A DNA stretch of 63,401 nt, the filler included. It is 5 parts of 5 records of this genome, joined end to end, with 100 filler letters (N's around TTAATTAATTAA, not from the genome) between each part and the next. Parts side by side here need not be neighbours in the genome. Positions count along the whole stretch, not along the records: positions 15,418 to 36,383 come from SRR20825019_127; positions 36,484 to 47,108 come from SRR20825019_131; 3 more parts are not named here. One strand, given 5' to 3'. The position numbers and the translations under genes were made by a program. The notes below the pieces were generated by a model, which worked only from the letters and a program-made list of their open reading frames with translations, did no database searches and was not told where the DNA came from. Positions 28,044 through 38,175 of the stretch are shown here, piece after piece; the stretch's first letter is position 1, and each line of letters starts with the position of its first letter.

Positions 28044-29309
28044 GTGCAAGACCGGCTGCTGAGGGGCATGGTCATGCAGGCCTTGGGGACCGACCCGACT
28101 GGTGTGAAGCAACAGGCCCGCATTTCTCAATTGGCGATCCTGTCAGCCGTCATTGCCTATGCGGCAGGCAATGCTTTCATGGCTGGCGGTTTGGGTGTCG
28201 CAGGTCGCCAGATTGGTCTCAGCGCCATTCAGACCGGTTTCATTCTCAGCTTCGGTGCGCTGGCTGGCGTGGTGGCTGCGCCCCTCTGGGGCTATGCCTC
28301 CGACATCACCAGCCGTCGCCGCCTGGTCCTGCTGGCCGCTCCGCTGGTGGCAGTCGGCCCGGCCATCGCAGCTGCCGTCTTTTTCTGGCCCTGGGCGCTT
28401 GGGGCGTTCTTGATCTTCCCGTTGCTGACAGGCGCCCGGCTGATACAGGCCGCCTCTGGCGCCGGCCTTGTCCCCATTGCGCAAAGCTTGACCACCTCGG
28501 CCACGACCCCACAACAGCGGGTCAGCGGCATGGGCATGCTTGGCGTGGCGGTGAGCCTGGGAACGCTGATAGGCTCGGCCTTGCTCTGGTTTACCGCGGG
28601 TTTCGGTCCCGGTGCGGGCTTCGCGGCCATTGCGGCTCTCGGCATCGCGGCGTTCATCGTGACTCTTGGCTTTCTGCGGGACGCCGACCGTCCGCCGGAA
28701 ATGGCGCCGGGGGAACGCTCGGTGCCGCTTCGCCTGGTCTGGCCGAACCTGACGATCACCTTTTTGGGTTTTGTGGCCTATACCATGGTGCAGCCGGTTC
28801 TAGGCTTCCGGTTCATGGATGCATTTGGCTTGAGCAGCGCCGATGCGGCCGCCAATGCCGGATTGGTTCTCACCGCCGCGGCAGTGATGTTGATCGCGGT
28901 CCAGCTCCTGGTCGCCGGGGGCAAGAACTGGGAGGCCACGCCCATGCTGCGCCTTGGCAGCATGGCGGGGCTGGTCGGGGCCCTGTTTCTGTGGCTGGCC
29001 CAGGACACAGTCCAGCTTGTCGCCGCAATGGCGCTGGTGGGCATTGCGCTTGGCTTCATGTCTCCCGCCAATTTGGCGCATATGAGCCTGGCGACCGGCC
29101 GTGGCGCACAGGGCAAGGTGGGGGGCCTTAACGTAGCGGCGCGCGGATTGGGTATAGCGGCCGGACCGATCTGCGGCACGCTGCTTTACGTCTGGCGCGC
29201 CGAGGCCCCCTTCGTTGCGGCGGCGGTGCTCGTCGCGATCATTGTCGGCCTGACGCACATCATGCGCGCTGTCCCGTCTGCCGTTGTCATAACGACTGCG
29301 GAGCATTGA
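28044..29309 (+). CDS. MFS transporter (start codon uncertain)
   Basis: About 12 hydrophobic segments; motif-A-like WGYASDITSRR; GRGAQGKVGGL. Confidence 0.8.
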   Translation: MQDRLLRGMVMQALGTDPTGVKQQARISQLAILSAVIAYAAGNAFMAGGLGVAGRQIGLSAIQTGFILSFGALAGVVAAPLWGYASDITSRRRLVLLAAPLVAVGPAIAAAVFFWPWALGAFLIFPLLTGARLIQAASGAGLVPIAQSLTTSATTPQQRVSGMGMLGVAVSLGTLIGSALLWFTAGFGPGAGFAAIAALGIAAFIVTLGFLRDADRPPEMAPGERSVPLRLVWPNLTITFLGFVAYTMVQPVLGFRFMDAFGLSSADAAANAGLVLTAAAVMLIAVQLLVAGGKNWEATPMLRLGSMAGLVGALFLWLAQDTVQLVAAMALVGIALGFMSPANLAHMSLATGRGAQGKVGGLNVAARGLGIAAGPICGTLLYVWRAEAPFVAAAVLVAIIVGLTHIMRAVPSAVVITTAEH

Positions 29310-29392
29310 GCCGGTACACCAACAGCCATTCTGCTCGACGTCGTCCCGCTGTGCCAAGACGAAAAGGCTGTTGGCGACCGATGCACGCGTCA

Positions 29393-29644
29393 TCAGGCAA
29401 GTGTTGCCGGTTCTCCTGTGGCACCGAACTTGAACACACGTCGCACCAGGACCGCCCAGGACCATTTGCGGCCCTGAACAGCAGGCTGGTCAAAAGGGGC
29501 TTCATCCTTGACGATCCGGCCACCGACGCGCCTGTAGCCCATATCTTGCAGCATGTAGTCGCTCAGCCAGTCCAGGTCTCCGCTGCCGCGCGAGGGGCGC
29601 AGATCGGCGGCAAGGCTGTAAGCTAGCAGGGTGGAATAGTCCAT
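29393..29644 (-). CDS. Small protein with DUF1127-like motif
   Basis: GGAGA RBS; LDWLSDYMLQDMGYRR resembles the DUF1127 core LxxLsDxxLxDiGlxR. Confidence 0.55.
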   Translation of the reverse strand: MDYSTLLAYSLAADLRPSRGSGDLDWLSDYMLQDMGYRRVGGRIVKDEAPFDQPAVQGRKWSWAVLVRRVFKFGATGEPATLA

Positions 29645-29745
29645 GATACTGTCTCCACTATCAAAGTGCCGAACTCCTGGTGAAGGGCGCCATTGCCTGT
29701 CACCTGTTGGCTTTCTCGATTGGATCAGGCCACCCGCACCGATAC

Positions 29746-29763
29746 CTCCACCGTTTGGTGGAG
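29746..29763. promoter_or_regulatory. Perfect inverted repeat in the DUF1127-like/LuxR divergent intergenic region
   Basis: CTCCACC-GTTT-GGTGGAG. Confidence 0.55.
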
Positions 29764-29803
29764 CTCTTCATGCCATGTGTTTTGTTGAGCTCCGGAGGAT
29801 GAA

Positions 29804-30946
29804 ATGGAGCAAGGGATTGCCGTCGGCGAGCTGTCGGACCTGGTGGCGGCCATTTATGACAGCGCCATCGATCCGAACGAATGGCCGCGGACTTTATCGG
29901 CCCTCTGCACAGCGATGAATTTCAAGAGCGCTGCGCTCAATCTGCGCAGCTATCCGTCAGGCGAGATCCTGCTGCTTTACACCAGCGGGATCGAGCAGCA
30001 TTGGCTTGAGAAACTGCAGGGCTATGGCGCCGAGGCGGTGGAGCAATGGGGTGGGCTTGGCAAGATCCTGACCTTTGACCCCAACCAGCCCGCACTGATG
30101 TCCGAGAAGCACAAGGAGGGGTTGACCGAGGCGAACCGCATTTATGTGGAATGGACCAGGCCTCGCGGAATCATTGACGTCATGGCGTTTGGCCTTGCCC
30201 GTGATGGTGCCGCCACCGGTACAATGGCTTTCGGCCGGCATCGCGATGCTGGTCCTGTCACCGAGCGCGAGCTTTCTCTTGCCCGGCTGCTGATTCCGCA
30301 CCTGCAGCGATCGGTTGCCATATCGCGCCTGCTCGATATCGGCTCGATAAAATCGGACATGTTCCAGAACGTGGTCGACGCCCTATCCGTCGGTGTGGTC
30401 ATCACCGATACCCGCCTGCAGATTATCCATGCCAATCAGGTGGCTCAAAAGATGCTGTCCACAGGTACGCCTGTGAGTGCAGTCAATGGCAGGCTCTCGG
30501 TGCCCTCTCCAGGCGCGACAGCAGCGCTTTCGAGGGCGATTGTGAAAGCGGCCACGGATGAATCGTCCCTGGGACCAAATGGCTTCGGAATACCCTTGCG
30601 CCTGGGTGAGGAAACCCATGTCTTCCACGTGCTGCCCCTTCGCTCAGGGCGGCTCCGGCCTGCGGTCAGCGTTTCGGCCGATGCGGCCATCTTCATTGCC
30701 CCGTCCCGAAAATCGCCGCTCTGGCCGGAGCTGGAAATTGCTTCCCTGTTTGATCTGACGCCGGCAGAGGCGAGGGTCTTCGAAAAAATTTCGGCCGGAG
30801 TGTCGCCCCGGCAGATCGCGGCAGAGACCGGTGCGGCGCAGAGCACGATCAAGACCCATCTGCTGCAGGTATTTGCAAAGACCGGCTGCCACCGCCAGGC
30901 CGAGCTTGTGGCCCTGGCCTCGTCCCTCAAGCTGCCGGTCTGGTGA
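29804..30946 (+). CDS. LuxR-type HTH regulator with GAF/PAS-like sensory region
   Basis: LVAAIYDSAIDPNEW N-terminus, LIPHLQRSV, PAS-like segment, C-terminal FDLTPAEARV...TIKTHLLQVFAKTGCHRQAELV. Confidence 0.85.
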   Translation: MEQGIAVGELSDLVAAIYDSAIDPNEWPRTLSALCTAMNFKSAALNLRSYPSGEILLLYTSGIEQHWLEKLQGYGAEAVEQWGGLGKILTFDPNQPALMSEKHKEGLTEANRIYVEWTRPRGIIDVMAFGLARDGAATGTMAFGRHRDAGPVTERELSLARLLIPHLQRSVAISRLLDIGSIKSDMFQNVVDALSVGVVITDTRLQIIHANQVAQKMLSTGTPVSAVNGRLSVPSPGATAALSRAIVKAATDESSLGPNGFGIPLRLGEETHVFHVLPLRSGRLRPAVSVSADAAIFIAPSRKSPLWPELEIASLFDLTPAEARVFEKISAGVSPRQIAAETGAAQSTIKTHLLQVFAKTGCHRQAELVALASSLKLPVW

Positions 30947-30960
30947 TCACACCTCAGGGG

Positions 30961-31077
30961 CGTGTCCAGGCAGTTCTGGCGTGGCCCGCGGAACGGGTGA
31001 TCATGGCCCATGGCCCGCTGATCTCCGATGATGGGCAGGTGTTCCTGCGCCGGGCGTTTCGCTGGCTGGCTGACTAG
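30961..31077 (+). pseudogene. 3'-terminal remnant of a DUF4336-like gene
   Basis: Frame reads RVQAVLAWPAERVIMAHGPLISDDGQVFLRRAFRWLAD-stop, which resembles the DUF4336 C-terminus. There is no room for the 5' part. Confidence 0.55.
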
Positions 31078-31215
31078 GAACGGGATCCGCCGGCCTGCGG
31101 CAGGTCTTGCCTGGCGCGTAATGTGCATTTGCGGGAGATGACGTGGCTGCCGCTTTAGCGCTAGGCTGGCGCGGCAGGTAAGCAAATATGCACCTGCAAG
31201 GGAGGAAGTGGAGCA

Positions 31216-33012
31216 GTGCAGCGCAGAGTGAGGTGGCATTTTGGCATTGCGGCCGCCGTCCTGGTCTGCGGCCTTGCCATGGCTGCCTATATTCTGGCCC
31301 ATGAGGCCGGAATGGATCGGCTTGCAGGGCAGTTACGCGACCGGCTGACCCTGTCGCAACGGGCCGTCGAGAGCGAGATCGAACGCTTCGCCTATCTCCC
31401 CCAGGTTCTGGGCGAGGATAATCGCGTGCTCGGGCTTCTGGCCCAGCCCTCGGCAGACCGTGTGAACCAGGTCAATGCCTATCTGACCAGCGTCGCCCGA
31501 CATGCCCAGGCCGATGTCGTCTATCTGATCGACCGGAACGGGTTGACGCTGGCAGCGTCGAACTGGGATTTGCCGAGCTCGTTTGTGGGGCACAATTACG
31601 ACTTCCGGCCCTATTTTACCGATGCACTCGAGCGGGGTCGGGGCGCCTATTACGCGGTGGGCGTGACCACTGGCGTGCCGGGCTATTTCCTCTCCAGCCG
31701 CATTGATGGGCCGGACGGGCCGCTGGGCGTGGCGGTCGTCAAGGTCGACATGTCGCCGCTCGAACGCGTCTGGGCGGAGGCGGGCGAAATGACCGGGGTG
31801 GCCGATAGCGCGGGCATTGTGTTTTTGAGCGGTGTGCCCAATTGGCGCTACCGCCCCCTCTATACGCTCACCCAGACCGACACGACCCGCATCCAGGCGG
31901 AGCGCCGCTATGACGGCAATGACGTGTTTTCCCGGGTGCCTTTGGTCGATGCCCTTGAGACGTCAGGTCTGACTTCGGTGAGCCAGGACGGGTTGCCGCG
32001 CCTGGCGATGAGCACCGCCCTGATCGCCCCCAAAGGGTGGCGATTGTTCAGCGCCTTGCCCTCGGCGCCCGTTCGTGATCAGGCGCAACTGGTGGCCGGC
32101 GTGGTGGGTCTCCTGACCCTCGTCTGCCTGCTGTTGGGGCTCTATGGCTATCAGCGGCGGCAGCTGACGCGCTGGAAGCTCGAGCAGAATACGGTATTGG
32201 AGCATCGCGTTGCCGAACGCACCGGTGCTCTGGCGCGCGAGGTCGAAGAACGAAAGCGCGCGGAAGACGAATTGCGCCACACCCAGGATAGTCTGATCCA
32301 TGCGGCCAAGCTGGCCGCTTTGGGACGCATGTCCGCAGCCATCGTCCACGAGGTGAGCCAGCCGCTCTCGGCGCTGGACAATACGCTCGCGGCGGCAAGC
32401 CTGCATGCCCGCAACCAGAACACAGAGAAGGCCACGGCCTCTATCCAGGCCGGCCGCGATCTGCTCAAGAGAATGCAGCGCACCATCAAAAACCTCAGGA
32501 CCTTTTCTTCGCGCGCCAAAAGCCTGCCGAGCGAGCCCATCGCCCTTGAACAGTCCATCGCCGAAGCACTCGACATCGTCGCGCCAAGAGCCAGGGAACG
32601 TGGCGTCACGGCCGTGCTGGAAAGCGTGGACACAGCGATCATGGCCGCCGTGAATGCTGTGCGTATCGAGCAGGTCTTCATCAATCTTCTGATCAACGCG
32701 ATCGATGCGACGGCCAGCATGGGCAATTCCCAGGTGTCCGTCAGGCTCCGGCAGTCCGGAGATATGGCGCTGGTGGAATTTTACGACGCCGGCCCCGGCA
32801 TTCCGGACGACATTGCCGACCAGATCACGGAACCTTTCTTCACGACCAAGGCAACCGGGGAGGGCTTGGGCCTGGGCCTCTCCATCTCCCGGGCAATCCT
32901 TGAGGATTATAAGGGGACCCTGGCCTTTTCACCGGCGCCGGGCGGCGGGACATGCGCCACGGTTTCCCTGCCGCTGGCGTCCCGGCAGGCCAGGCTGGAG
33001 CCCGCCAAATGA
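31216..33012 (+). CDS. dctB: C4-dicarboxylate-type sensor histidine kinase
   Basis: Cache domain [27 protein letters not shown]-box [12 protein letters not shown]1, F and G2 boxes. Confidence 0.9.
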   Translation: MQRRVRWHFGIAAAVLVCGLAMAAYILAHEAGMDRLAGQLRDRLTLSQRAVESEIERFAYLPQVLGEDNRVLGLLAQPSADRVNQVNAYLTSVARHAQADVVYLIDRNGLTLAASNWDLPSSFVGHNYDFRPYFTDALERGRGAYYAVGVTTGVPGYFLSSRIDGPDGPLGVAVVKVDMSPLERVWAEAGEMTGVADSAGIVFLSGVPNWRYRPLYTLTQTDTTRIQAERRYDGNDVFSRVPLVDALETSGLTSVSQDGLPRLAMSTALIAPKGWRLFSALPSAPVRDQAQLVAGVVGLLTLVCLLLGLYGYQRRQLTRWKLEQNTVLEHRVAERTGALAREVEERKRAEDELRHTQDSLIHAAKLAALGRMSAAIVHEVSQPLSALDNTLAAASLHARNQNTEKATASIQAGRDLLKRMQRTIKNLRTFSSRAKSLPSEPIALEQSIAEALDIVAPRARERGVTAVLESVDTAIMAAVNAVRIEQVFINLLINAIDATASMGNSQVSVRLRQSGDMALVEFYDAGPGIPDDIADQITEPFFTTKATGEGLGLGLSISRAILEDYKGTLAFSPAPGGGTCATVSLPLASRQARLEPAK

Positions 33013-34343
33013 CGCGCGGCCGAATCGTTTTTGTCGACGACGAGCCGGATCTGTGCGCCGCCGCGGCAGACTGGCTCGATGCCAGCGGCTTTGAGGTCGA
33101 GGTCTTCACCGATCCCAAGGAGGCACTTCGCAGCTTCGACAGTGCTGCCTGCGACTGCGTGGTTTCCGATATGCGCATGCCCGGCCTTTCCGGCCTGGAC
33201 CTGCTGCGCGATATCCGCGAGCGCGACCCGGAGCTGCCCGTGGTGCTGCTCACTGGTCATGCAGATGTACCCTTGGCGGTTGAGGCCATTCAGGCCGGTG
33301 CCTACCATTTTCTCGAAAAACCCTATGATGCCGAACAATTGGTCTCCATTCTCGACAATGGCGTCGAACGGCGGCGGCTGAAGCGGGAAATCCAACGCCT
33401 GCAGCGCGGGGCCGAGGATCTGGATGCCAGGCTGATCGGCATATCGCCCGTCATGGCAACCGTTCGTCGCTCGGTGCAGCGTCTGGCGGACATTGATGTG
33501 GATGTGCTGATCACCGGCGAGACCGGCACGGGCAAGGAAGTTGTTGCCCGCGCGCTTCATGATTTCGGCCACCGCCGCGCCGGGCCGTTCGTGGCCATCA
33601 ACTGCGCGGCCATCCCGGAGACGATTTTCGAAAGCGAAATCTTCGGGCATGAGCGGGGTGCCTTTACGGGTGCGCAGACCTCGCGGCAGGGTCGCATCGC
33701 CCATGCTTCGGGTGGAACGGTGTTCCTCGACGAGATCGAATCCATGCCCCTTTCGCTACAGGCCAAGGTGCTGCGGATCATCCAGGAGCGCATGGTCGAG
33801 CCGATCGGGTCTAACCGGCAAATTCCGGTCGATGTCCGTTTCATCGCCGCGACCAAGGTTGATCTCAAGGCAGAAAGCGAGGCCGGACGGTTCCGCTCCG
33901 ATCTTTACTTCCGCCTGTCTACCATTGACCTGCCGCTTCCCCCACTGCGCGACCGGCCCGAGGATATTCCGCTACTCTACGCCGTCTTTGCGCGCCGCGC
34001 GGCCGAGCGATATGGTCTTGGCTTCAAGGAATTGCCGCTGGACCTCAGTCTGGACCTGTCGCAGCAGCGCTGGCCGGGCAATGTGCGCGAACTCAAATCC
34101 TATGCCGAGCGTGCGGTGATCGGGCTCGAAGCTCCGGCCTTGCAGCCGGCGGTGCCGGGGAACCTCCCCGAACTGGTGGCCGCCTATGAGGCCAGGGTCA
34201 TTGCCGCCACGCTCGAAGCGACCGGGGGTGCCACCGCCGAGGCCGCCGAGCGCCTGGGCGTGCCGCGCCGCACGCTCAACGAGAAAATCGCCAAATACGG
34301 ACTGCGCCCCGAGACGGCGCTTGGCGAAACTTCGCCAGGCTAA
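33009..34343 (+). CDS. dctD: Sigma54-dependent response regulator
   Basis: Receiver domain (VDDE, SDMRMPG), GETGTGKE, GAFTGA, WPGNVREL, Fis-type HTH. ATG overlaps the dctB stop. Confidence 0.92.
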   Translation: MTRGRIVFVDDEPDLCAAAADWLDASGFEVEVFTDPKEALRSFDSAACDCVVSDMRMPGLSGLDLLRDIRERDPELPVVLLTGHADVPLAVEAIQAGAYHFLEKPYDAEQLVSILDNGVERRRLKREIQRLQRGAEDLDARLIGISPVMATVRRSVQRLADIDVDVLITGETGTGKEVVARALHDFGHRRAGPFVAINCAAIPETIFESEIFGHERGAFTGAQTSRQGRIAHASGGTVFLDEIESMPLSLQAKVLRIIQERMVEPIGSNRQIPVDVRFIAATKVDLKAESEAGRFRSDLYFRLSTIDLPLPPLRDRPEDIPLLYAVFARRAAERYGLGFKELPLDLSLDLSQQRWPGNVRELKSYAERAVIGLEAPALQPAVPGNLPELVAAYEARVIAATLEATGGATAEAAERLGVPRRTLNEKIAKYGLRPETALGETSPG

Positions 34344-34370
34344 CAGGCCCGCGGGCGTGTTTCCGCCCGC
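34322..34370 (+). promoter_or_regulatory. Tandem palindromes, candidate DctD upstream activator sites
   Basis: TGGCGAA-AC-TTCGCCA (34322-34337) and GCGGGCG-TGTTTC-CGCCCGC (34351-34370); both GGCG-N6-CGCC, centres 31 bp apart. Confidence 0.6.
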
Positions 34371-34409
34371 GTGCGGCCAGAAAGAGCAACACTTTCAATG
34401 CTGCCGGCT

Positions 34410-34425
34410 TGGCACGGGGCTTGCT
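34410..34425 (+). promoter_or_regulatory. Sigma54 (-24/-12) promoter of the TAXI-TRAP operon
   Basis: TGGCACGGGGCTTGCT matches TGGCAC-N5-TTGCW exactly. Confidence 0.85.
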
Positions 34426-34484
34426 CCTATCTGGGCGGTACGCCGCAATGACCGGCGACCACCAAACCTATTGGGAGGAAATCG

Positions 34485-35438
34485 ATGACTAAGATGATGA
34501 CGCGCCTGGGCGCGGCAGCCCTGCTTTGCACCGCCCTTGCCACGCCAGCCGTTCATGGCCAGGAATTCATCAACGTCCTGACCGGTGGCACATCGGGCGT
34601 CTATTACCCGCTTGGCGTTGCGCTCAGTGAGATCTACGGCGACGGGATCGAAGGCTCGCGCACCCAGGTACAGTCGACCAAGGCCTCGGTCGAAAACCTC
34701 AACCTGCTCGCTCAGGGCCGCGGGGAGATCGCCTTCGCGCTTGGGGATTCAGTGGCCTTGGCCTGGGAGGGCAATGCAGAAGCCGGCTTCCCGCAGCGCC
34801 TCGAAGGCCTGCGGGCTATCGCGGCCATTTATCCAAACTATGTGCAGATCGTTGCTGATGCGCAGTCCGGCATCGTCACGCTCGAAGACTTGCCGGGCAA
34901 GTCCATGTCGGTGGGCGCGCCCGCTTCAGGCACGGAACTCAATGCCCGCGCCATTTTCCAAGCCGCAGGCCTGAGCTACGAAGATCTGGGACGCGTGGAA
35001 TACCTGCCCTATGCGGAATCTGCCGAACTGATCAAGAACCGTCAGCTCGAATCCACCTTACAGTCCGCAGGACTGGGCGTGGCCTTCATTCAGGATCTGA
35101 CCGCCACCCACGAGATCAACATCGTGGCCATTCCGGCCGAGACGGTTGTGCAGATCGGCGACCCCTATGTTCCGGCCATCATTCCGGCCGGCACCTATAG
35201 CGGCCAGGATGAGGATGTGCCCACCGCGGCCATCGGCAATGTGCTGGTGTCCCATGAGGGCGTGAGCGAGGAAACCGCTTACCAGATGACCAAGCTGCTC
35301 TTCGAAAACCTCGACCGCATGCGGGCAGCACACAGCGCTGCTGAAAGCATCGACATCAATGCCGCGATCAAAGGACTTCCCATCCCGCTGCATCCGGGCG
35401 CCGAGCGCTACTACCGCGAACAGGGCATCATTCAATAG
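34485..35438 (+). CDS. TAXI family TRAP transporter solute-binding protein
   Basis: LTGGTSGVYYPLG, STKASVENL, GAPASGTE, PLHPGAERYYRE. Confidence 0.92.
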   Translation: MTKMMTRLGAAALLCTALATPAVHGQEFINVLTGGTSGVYYPLGVALSEIYGDGIEGSRTQVQSTKASVENLNLLAQGRGEIAFALGDSVALAWEGNAEAGFPQRLEGLRAIAAIYPNYVQIVADAQSGIVTLEDLPGKSMSVGAPASGTELNARAIFQAAGLSYEDLGRVEYLPYAESAELIKNRQLESTLQSAGLGVAFIQDLTATHEINIVAIPAETVVQIGDPYVPAIIPAGTYSGQDEDVPTAAIGNVLVSHEGVSEETAYQMTKLLFENLDRMRAAHSAAESIDINAAIKGLPIPLHPGAERYYREQGIIQ

Positions 35439-35446
35439 TGCCCACA

Positions 35447-35473
35447 GGGCCCGCCACGCGCGTCGGCGGGCCC
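35447..35473 (+). other. GC-rich stem-loop between the TAXI binding-protein and permease genes
   Basis: GGGCCCGCC-N9-GGCGGGCCC. Confidence 0.55.
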
Positions 35474-35504
35474 ACACATTGCTCTTCTGGGAGGAAAGAG
35501 ACCT

Positions 35505-36383
35505 ATGACCCAACCCGGTGACATTGGGGCCGATGCCCTTGCCCATCAATCCGATGAGGATTTTTCCGAGGGCCTGCCGCCGGGCTTCGGTCCGGGCATT
35601 TCAGGCAGCATCGCCTTTGGCACGGCCATTGCCTTTGCCCTGTTCACGCTCTGGACCGCCGCCTATGGCGCCCTGCCGAGCCAGGTCGTGCGCGCCATGC
35701 ATGTGGGCTTTCTGCTCTTGTTGACCTTTGGCCTCGTGGCCAATCTCGTGGCCAAAACGGCACCGGCCAAGGCCTTCTTCTGGGCGCTGGGCGTGGCCGG
35801 ATTTCTCACTGGCATCTACAACTGGGTTTTCTATGCGGACCTGATCCGCCGCACCGGTTTCCTGACCACCATGGACCTGGTCGTAGGCACGGCTGCCGTC
35901 GTGCTCGTCTTTGAAGCGGCACGCCGTATCCTGGGTTGGCCGCTCGCCCTTATCGCGGGCATCTTCCTTGCCTATTGCTTCTTCGGGCAACACCTGCCCG
36001 CGCCGCTGATCCATCGCGGCTACGATTTCGAACTGATCGTGGAGCATTTCGGCTTCGGCACCGAAGGCATTTACGGCACGCCGATCTATGTGTCGGCCGC
36101 CTACATCTTCATTTTCGTGGTCTTTGCCGCCTTTCTCGAGCGTGCCGGCATGCTCAAGCTCTTCAACGACTTCGCGCTTGGCCTCGTCGGCGGCACGCGG
36201 GGCGGTCCGGCGCAAGTGGCGGTGCTGTCCTCGGCGCTCATGGGGACCATTTCCGGCTCCGGCGTCGCCAATGTCGTGGCCTCCGGGCAGTTCACCATCC
36301 CGCTGATGAAGCGCTTCGGCTACCGCCCTGCCTTTGCCGGCGGTGTCGAGGCCACCGCCTCGATGGGCGGGCAGATCATGCCG
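35505..36383 (+). CDS. TAXI-type TRAP fused permease (4TM/12TM), truncated by contig end
   Basis: EAARRILG, GTEGIYG, GGPAQVAVLSSALMGTISGSGVANV, EATASMGGQIMP. Confidence 0.9.
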
Positions 36384-36483
36384 NNNNNNNNNNNNNNNNN
36401 NNNNNNNNNNNNNNNNNNNNNNNNNNNTTAATTAATTAANNNNNNNNNNNNNNNNNNNNNNNNNNNNNNNNNNNNNNNNNNNN
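36384..36483. other. Artificial contig spacer
   Basis: N44-TTAATTAATTAA-N44. Confidence 0.98.
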
Positions 36484-36485
36484 GC

Positions 36486-38027
36486 GAAGGCGTTCAGATT
36501 TGCAAGGAGGAGAGGTTTGCGGAGTCTGTGAAGACAGGCCAAGGGCGCAAGGTGATATCGCACTTCACAAGCCGCGCATTATCCAGAGCTTTCTCGCAGT
36601 GGTCCGAGGTCACTGTGGAGGGCTTGTATGAACGCGGCCGCATGAGGAAGGTTGCAGAGATGTGGAAGCTTCGGGCGGGCGGTTCGAGTTTCCTGCACTG
36701 GATGGTGCACGTTCAAGAGAAGAAGGCGTTGACCAGGATTGTCTCCAAGCTCACGGGTCGCGCGGCCGAGAGTGCCCGCCGCTATGCGGTCCGCGCATGG
36801 CGGACGATCACAATGCATCGACGTTACCACCGGCTGTTTGCCGAGCACACGGAACTTCAGCGTGAGGCGGTGCTCTACCGGAGCCAGAACAAGATGCTTA
36901 ACTCGGAGAAGACGAGCCTGCAAGAAATGGTGCAGGACTCCCGCGTGCACATCTCCTCGCTGCAGTCATCGAACGACGAGCTGAAGGAGGCGGTGAATGT
37001 GAAGAGCGGCCTTATCTCTCAGATGACCGCGGACTTCAACGCGGTGGAGCTGGCGTATGAGCTGGAGGGACACGAGGACAGCCACGCCATCCTGGCCAGG
37101 CAGGTTGCCACTGTGATCAAGGAGTACAACTTTGTTAAGGACAAAGCGCATGAACTTTCCGCCCAGAACCAGCTCCTGTTGCTCCAGATGGAAAACATGA
37201 AGCACACGTCAGATGAACTGCAGAGTGAACGTGAGCGGCTCATGGGGGAGCTGGGCCTGCTGCGCGGAATGGACCGGGAGATGATGGATCGCAACATGGC
37301 GCTCCTTAAGGCGGAGGTAATGCCGCTTGACCGCGAGGGATGCATCATTCTTGATCGCATCTTGAACAAGATGGAGAATGGTGAGATCACCAGCCCCAAC
37401 CACATTGACGAGGGCGGCACGTTCAAGCAAGCGCTCAACAATGTCAAGACCGCGATTGTTCACATTGCCGGTGAACAACCGCCCGGCAAGCCGTGGAGTG
37501 TCAGCGTGCAGAAGATCCATGCTCTGCCGCGGCACTCGATGATGAGCCTGTTCTCGTCCTTGCAGAACCTGGTGATCATGTATGACTGCCTCGACGAGGA
37601 GTTCAAGTCTTCGATGAAGTCTACTGTGGAGATCAACATCAATGCGGCCCTTCTCCTCGCCCTGGCCCGCTTCATCAAGCTCAAGTTTGCCAACCGCATC
37701 CGGGGCTACGGAATGAAACTCCGTCGTGTGCCCGGGATGAGGCGTGGGACCCTGCAGAGCGCGGAGGATATGTCGCTTTTCCAGAGCGCCGGGGAGGACG
37801 AGAGTGGACACATCCCCATCACGAGCCCCCGCGAAGGCGCCGCCAATGCACCCGCCGCCTCCAAAAAGCGCAACAGTGCACCCAAGGTCCCCGCCCTAGA
37901 CCTGACCAGTGTGGACCCCGCGGCCGCTGAAGGCAGGGACCAGACGCCCCGCGGCACAACACCCCGGGACTCGGCCCGCTCCACACCTCGCTCCACCCCG
38001 CGCAATGGAGCGGCCAAGGGCCGGTGA
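36486..38027 (+). CDS. Eukaryotic coiled-coil protein with Sfi1-like Trp repeats, 5'-truncated
   Basis: Frame is open back to the contig edge. Repeats LSRAFSQW, GSSFLHW, RYAVRAW are followed by a long heptad region and a low-complexity TPR-tripeptide-rich tail. Confidence 0.55.
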   Translation, partial: EGVQICKEERFAESVKTGQGRKVISHFTSRALSRAFSQWSEVTVEGLYERGRMRKVAEMWKLRAGGSSFLHWMVHVQEKKALTRIVSKLTGRAAESARRYAVRAWRTITMHRRYHRLFAEHTELQREAVLYRSQNKMLNSEKTSLQEMVQDSRVHISSLQSSNDELKEAVNVKSGLISQMTADFNAVELAYELEGHEDSHAILARQVATVIKEYNFVKDKAHELSAQNQLLLLQMENMKHTSDELQSERERLMGELGLLRGMDREMMDRNMALLKAEVMPLDREGCIILDRILNKMENGEITSPNHIDEGGTFKQALNNVKTAIVHIAGEQPPGKPWSVSVQKIHALPRHSMMSLFSSLQNLVIMYDCLDEEFKSSMKSTVEININAALLLALARFIKLKFANRIRGYGMKLRRVPGMRRGTLQSAEDMSLFQSAGEDESGHIPITSPREGAANAPAASKKRNSAPKVPALDLTSVDPAAAEGRDQTPRGTTPRDSARSTPRSTPRNGAAKGR

Positions 38028-38175
38028 TGATCAGTAAACAGTGTTGTTGCGACACGTCTTTATGCACAACGCACCGCGGCGGGTGCCGGTCTGAGTCGGC
38101 TCCATTCCAATCAATTCTTCCTTCTTCAACAACAGCGCCACACCCTTGAAAACAATCGGATGCCTCCCCATCAGC

